The translations under genes and the position numbers were made by a program. The notes under the pieces are model-generated. The model saw nothing but the letters and a program-made list of their open reading frames with translations, was not told the DNA's origin and did not search any database. Below are positions 17,313 through 19,520 of a DNA stretch of 19,520 nt, piece after piece. Positions within the stretch are counted from its first letter, which is position 1. Each line of letters begins with the position of its first letter. The stretch is from NCBI GenBank assembly GCA_008080735.1, contig SHMW01000081.1, positions 1 to 19,520 on the forward strand. The letters are read 5' to 3'. This stretch comes from Promethearchaeota archaeon (lineage in GTDB: Archaea; Asgardarchaeota; Lokiarchaeia; Sigyniarchaeales; SOKP01).

Positions 17313-17417
17313 GCGCGGATAGTTTAGCTCGGTTATAACGACACGTTCACACCGTGTAGGTCGAGGGTTCGAATTACGACATCGCTTAGATGCGTTGAGA
17401 AATTCCCTCTCCGCGCA
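17313..17417 (+). tRNA. tRNA-Val(CAC) with a 30-nt intron in the T-loop
   Basis: Acceptor GCGCGGA/TCCGCGC plus A73; D arm GTTT-AGCTCGGTTA-TAAC; anticodon arm ACACG-TTCACAC-CGTGT; variable loop AGGTC; T stem GAGGG/CCCTC enclosing 37 nt instead of 7; CCA not encoded. Confidence 0.93.
17374..17403 (+). other. Non-canonical tRNA intron at position 59/60
   Basis: Removing 17374-17403 restores the T-loop TTCGAAT and gives a 75-nt tRNA. The boundaries fall after the second base of two 3-nt bulges (AAT, ATT) flanking a TTCG/AGAA central helix. Confidence 0.82.
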
Positions 17418-17953
17418 CTATTTTTCATTATTTATTCACTAACTTCTCAAATTTCTTTATCAATCAAATCTCGTAGATTGAGGATTTTAAGTTATTTGAT
17501 TATAAAGTTTTTCGATTAAAACCGCTCAATTATCTTTCCTACTAATTTTCAAAAGAATATTCAATATTTATGGAATAGTAAAATAAACTCAATTTTACTT
17601 ATTCTCATATTATCTGAAGTTATAATTTTAGCAAATATTTATTTTTTATCGAGAATATCAAAGAAAAAAATATGATAATTGCTGAGTATCTCATTTTTGG
17701 TAGTTTCAATACATAATATCATTGAAAATCAACCCATATCGTTTTTTTTAACATTTATAATTATAAAAATCTCAAACTGCCCTCTTTTCATCTCTTCTAA
17801 CAATTCATCTATAAAAAAAGCTTTGGAGTCAACAAAGCAAAGAATCCTTGTATAAAATAGTTAAATAATTTTAATTGGATATAAACAGTTTGAATAGCAA
17901 ATAAGTTCATAAAAAAAAATTAGGAAATCATTTAATATATCTAATATATCAGC

Positions 17954-19159
17954 TTAGATATTATTGACCACTTCGTTACCAGTACCCTGATCAAGAATCT
18001 CGGTATTCGAAATAAAAGTAAGTATATTTCCAATTACAGTGTTGTAATCTGCGTTCGAATCCATATGGATTCCATATCCCGTTGAGGATGTAGCTTGGAC
18101 ATCAGAAATCACATTAGAAAGAATAGCATTATAATCATCCTGCATATATATCCCACGCGCTGAACCACCATCTAAATTATCAATTACATTCCCAGAAATC
18201 GTGTTGTAATTGCCATTACAAATAATTCCGAATGAATCATCTGTTGGATTAAAATTACTAAAAGTGTTATCATTAAATGTATTGTAATCGGAGCGAATAG
18301 CTAACCATACTCCGTATATATCATTTCCTGAATTATAATTATTAAATCTATTGCCATCAAATGTGTTATATGCACTATCGCTTACGAAAATCCCCATTGC
18401 ATCATCATTTCCATCAAGATTACTAATTATGTTATCAGTAATTGCATTATAATTAGCATCAAGTACATAAATCCCGATTCCATCATCATCTCCATTAATA
18501 TTATCAATGATATTTCCAATAATCGTATTATTTGCAGCACCAGTTAATATTATACCTCTTCCATCAACACTACCACTAAGATTTTCAATTATATTTCCTG
18601 TAATGCAATTATGACTACTTTCATTTAACCTAATTCCTTTATCCAAGGCATTAAGATGACAATCTTTCACCCAGACATTATCGGAGCGAATCTCAATTCC
18701 ATTCCCCAATCCTATTCCATGGATTTGCACGTTTTCAATAATGACGGGATTATCATTCTCATCGTTTATGTTAATGATATTGAGGGTTGGTGTTGAAAGA
18801 TTGCTGGCATCTATTTTCAGATTCTGAATAGTTAAAGTTTCCATATCACTGACTCTAAACGCTGTTCTATTTCCTCCACACGAAATTGTAATGGCCCCAT
18901 TTCCTTGAATAATATAATCTCCTCCCTGATCTATATCTATTGTATCGCTAAGAGTAATATCCTGTGCAATAATTATTACACCAGCGCCCGAACCAATCTC
19001 ATCTATAGCATTTTGAACTTCTGTGCTACTATAACAGAAATATTGAGGGTTATCATCAAGTTGTCCTTGTGGTACAAATATATTGTAAGATGCAAGCCCT
19101 AATCCACCTAGTGCTAAAATTACGGCAATTAGACCAATAATCGTACCTTTTTTTTCCAT
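17954..19159 (-). CDS. Membrane-anchored or secreted right-handed parallel beta-helix (NosD/CASH-like) protein
   Basis: Basic N-terminus followed by a hydrophobic helix; 'VQNAID' cap; ~26-28-aa repeats of GI.....yNti.gN.I.n. Confidence 0.88.
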   Translation of the reverse strand: MEKKGTIIGLIAVILALGGLGLASYNIFVPQGQLDDNPQYFCYSSTEVQNAIDEIGSGAGVIIIAQDITLSDTIDIDQGGDYIIQGNGAITISCGGNRTAFRVSDMETLTIQNLKIDASNLSTPTLNIININDENDNPVIIENVQIHGIGLGNGIEIRSDNVWVKDCHLNALDKGIRLNESSHNCITGNIIENLSGSVDGRGIILTGAANNTIIGNIIDNINGDDDGIGIYVLDANYNAITDNIISNLDGNDDAMGIFVSDSAYNTFDGNRFNNYNSGNDIYGVWLAIRSDYNTFNDNTFSNFNPTDDSFGIICNGNYNTISGNVIDNLDGGSARGIYMQDDYNAILSNVISDVQATSSTGYGIHMDSNADYNTVIGNILTFISNTEILDQGTGNEVVNNI

Positions 19160-19520
19160 TATTTATATCTTACCTCTTTATTTTTAGATTTGTTAGATAT
19201 AAATATAATCTTCTTATTTTAAATCTGGGGATTAAAAATTAAAGAGAAAGGTTTTTAGTTATCATTTTGAAAATAAAGAAGATTAATTAAGAAATTCAAT
19301 AGAGGATATAAAAACAAAAAACTGTGGTAATTTTGAGATTTAGTAGAATCATTTTATTCTGGGAAAAGTGAGATTATTCATCTCAATGGGAAATAAATAA
19401 TTCATTTAGTCGATTTAAACTTTGTTTTAATTTTACCAATATCATAAAAATTAAATGAAATGCTTTATTTAAACAATCAATTACCTTTTTCTGAGTTTGA
19501 TTCATCTTGTCCAGTTTTTT

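Noticed and set aside
9910-19102. Remaining short shadow ORFs (e.g. 10611-10868, 13653-13982, 14104-14298, 15413-15598, 18905-19102)
   Set aside because: They overlap confident genes, mostly antisense, and lack recognisable features.
19383-19520. 3' end of a minus-strand gene entering from the right edge
   Set aside because: Two frames are plausible (KKLDKMNQTQKKVIDCLN... or KTGQDESNSEKGN* ending at 19477); it cannot be resolved or assigned without flanking sequence.

Overview
AT-rich, gene-dense archaeal window. The Rab-like GTPase, Hef helicase-nuclease, DUF1922/DUF1616-type proteins and intron-containing tRNA point to an Asgard (Lokiarchaeia-like) genome; this is an inference. Contents in order: a minus-strand purB-purM-pfkB-CPBP protease-metallophosphoesterase cluster; a DUF47-PiT-DUF47 phosphate module; a Zn-ribbon gene followed by tldD and pmbA; a UDP-glucuronate decarboxylase overlapping a DUF1616-like membrane protein gene; a Rab-like GTPase with a C-terminal Zn ribbon; a TIGR04076-like protein; hef; tRNA-Val(CAC); and a membrane-anchored beta-helix protein. 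The most interesting non-obvious signals are (1) a candidate ~120-nt structured ncRNA with its own TATA/BRE-like promoter between two convergent genes (~14520-14640, minus strand), (2) a 30-nt T-loop (59/60) intron with a relaxed BHB motif in tRNA-Val, (3) non-canonical catalytic motifs in the GTPase, the PiT transporter and the phosphoesterase, and (4) a sequon-dense surface protein whose gene overlaps that of UDP-xylose synthase. No CRISPR array, rRNA, integrase or clear transposase was seen. All family assignments come from motif recognition, not database searches.
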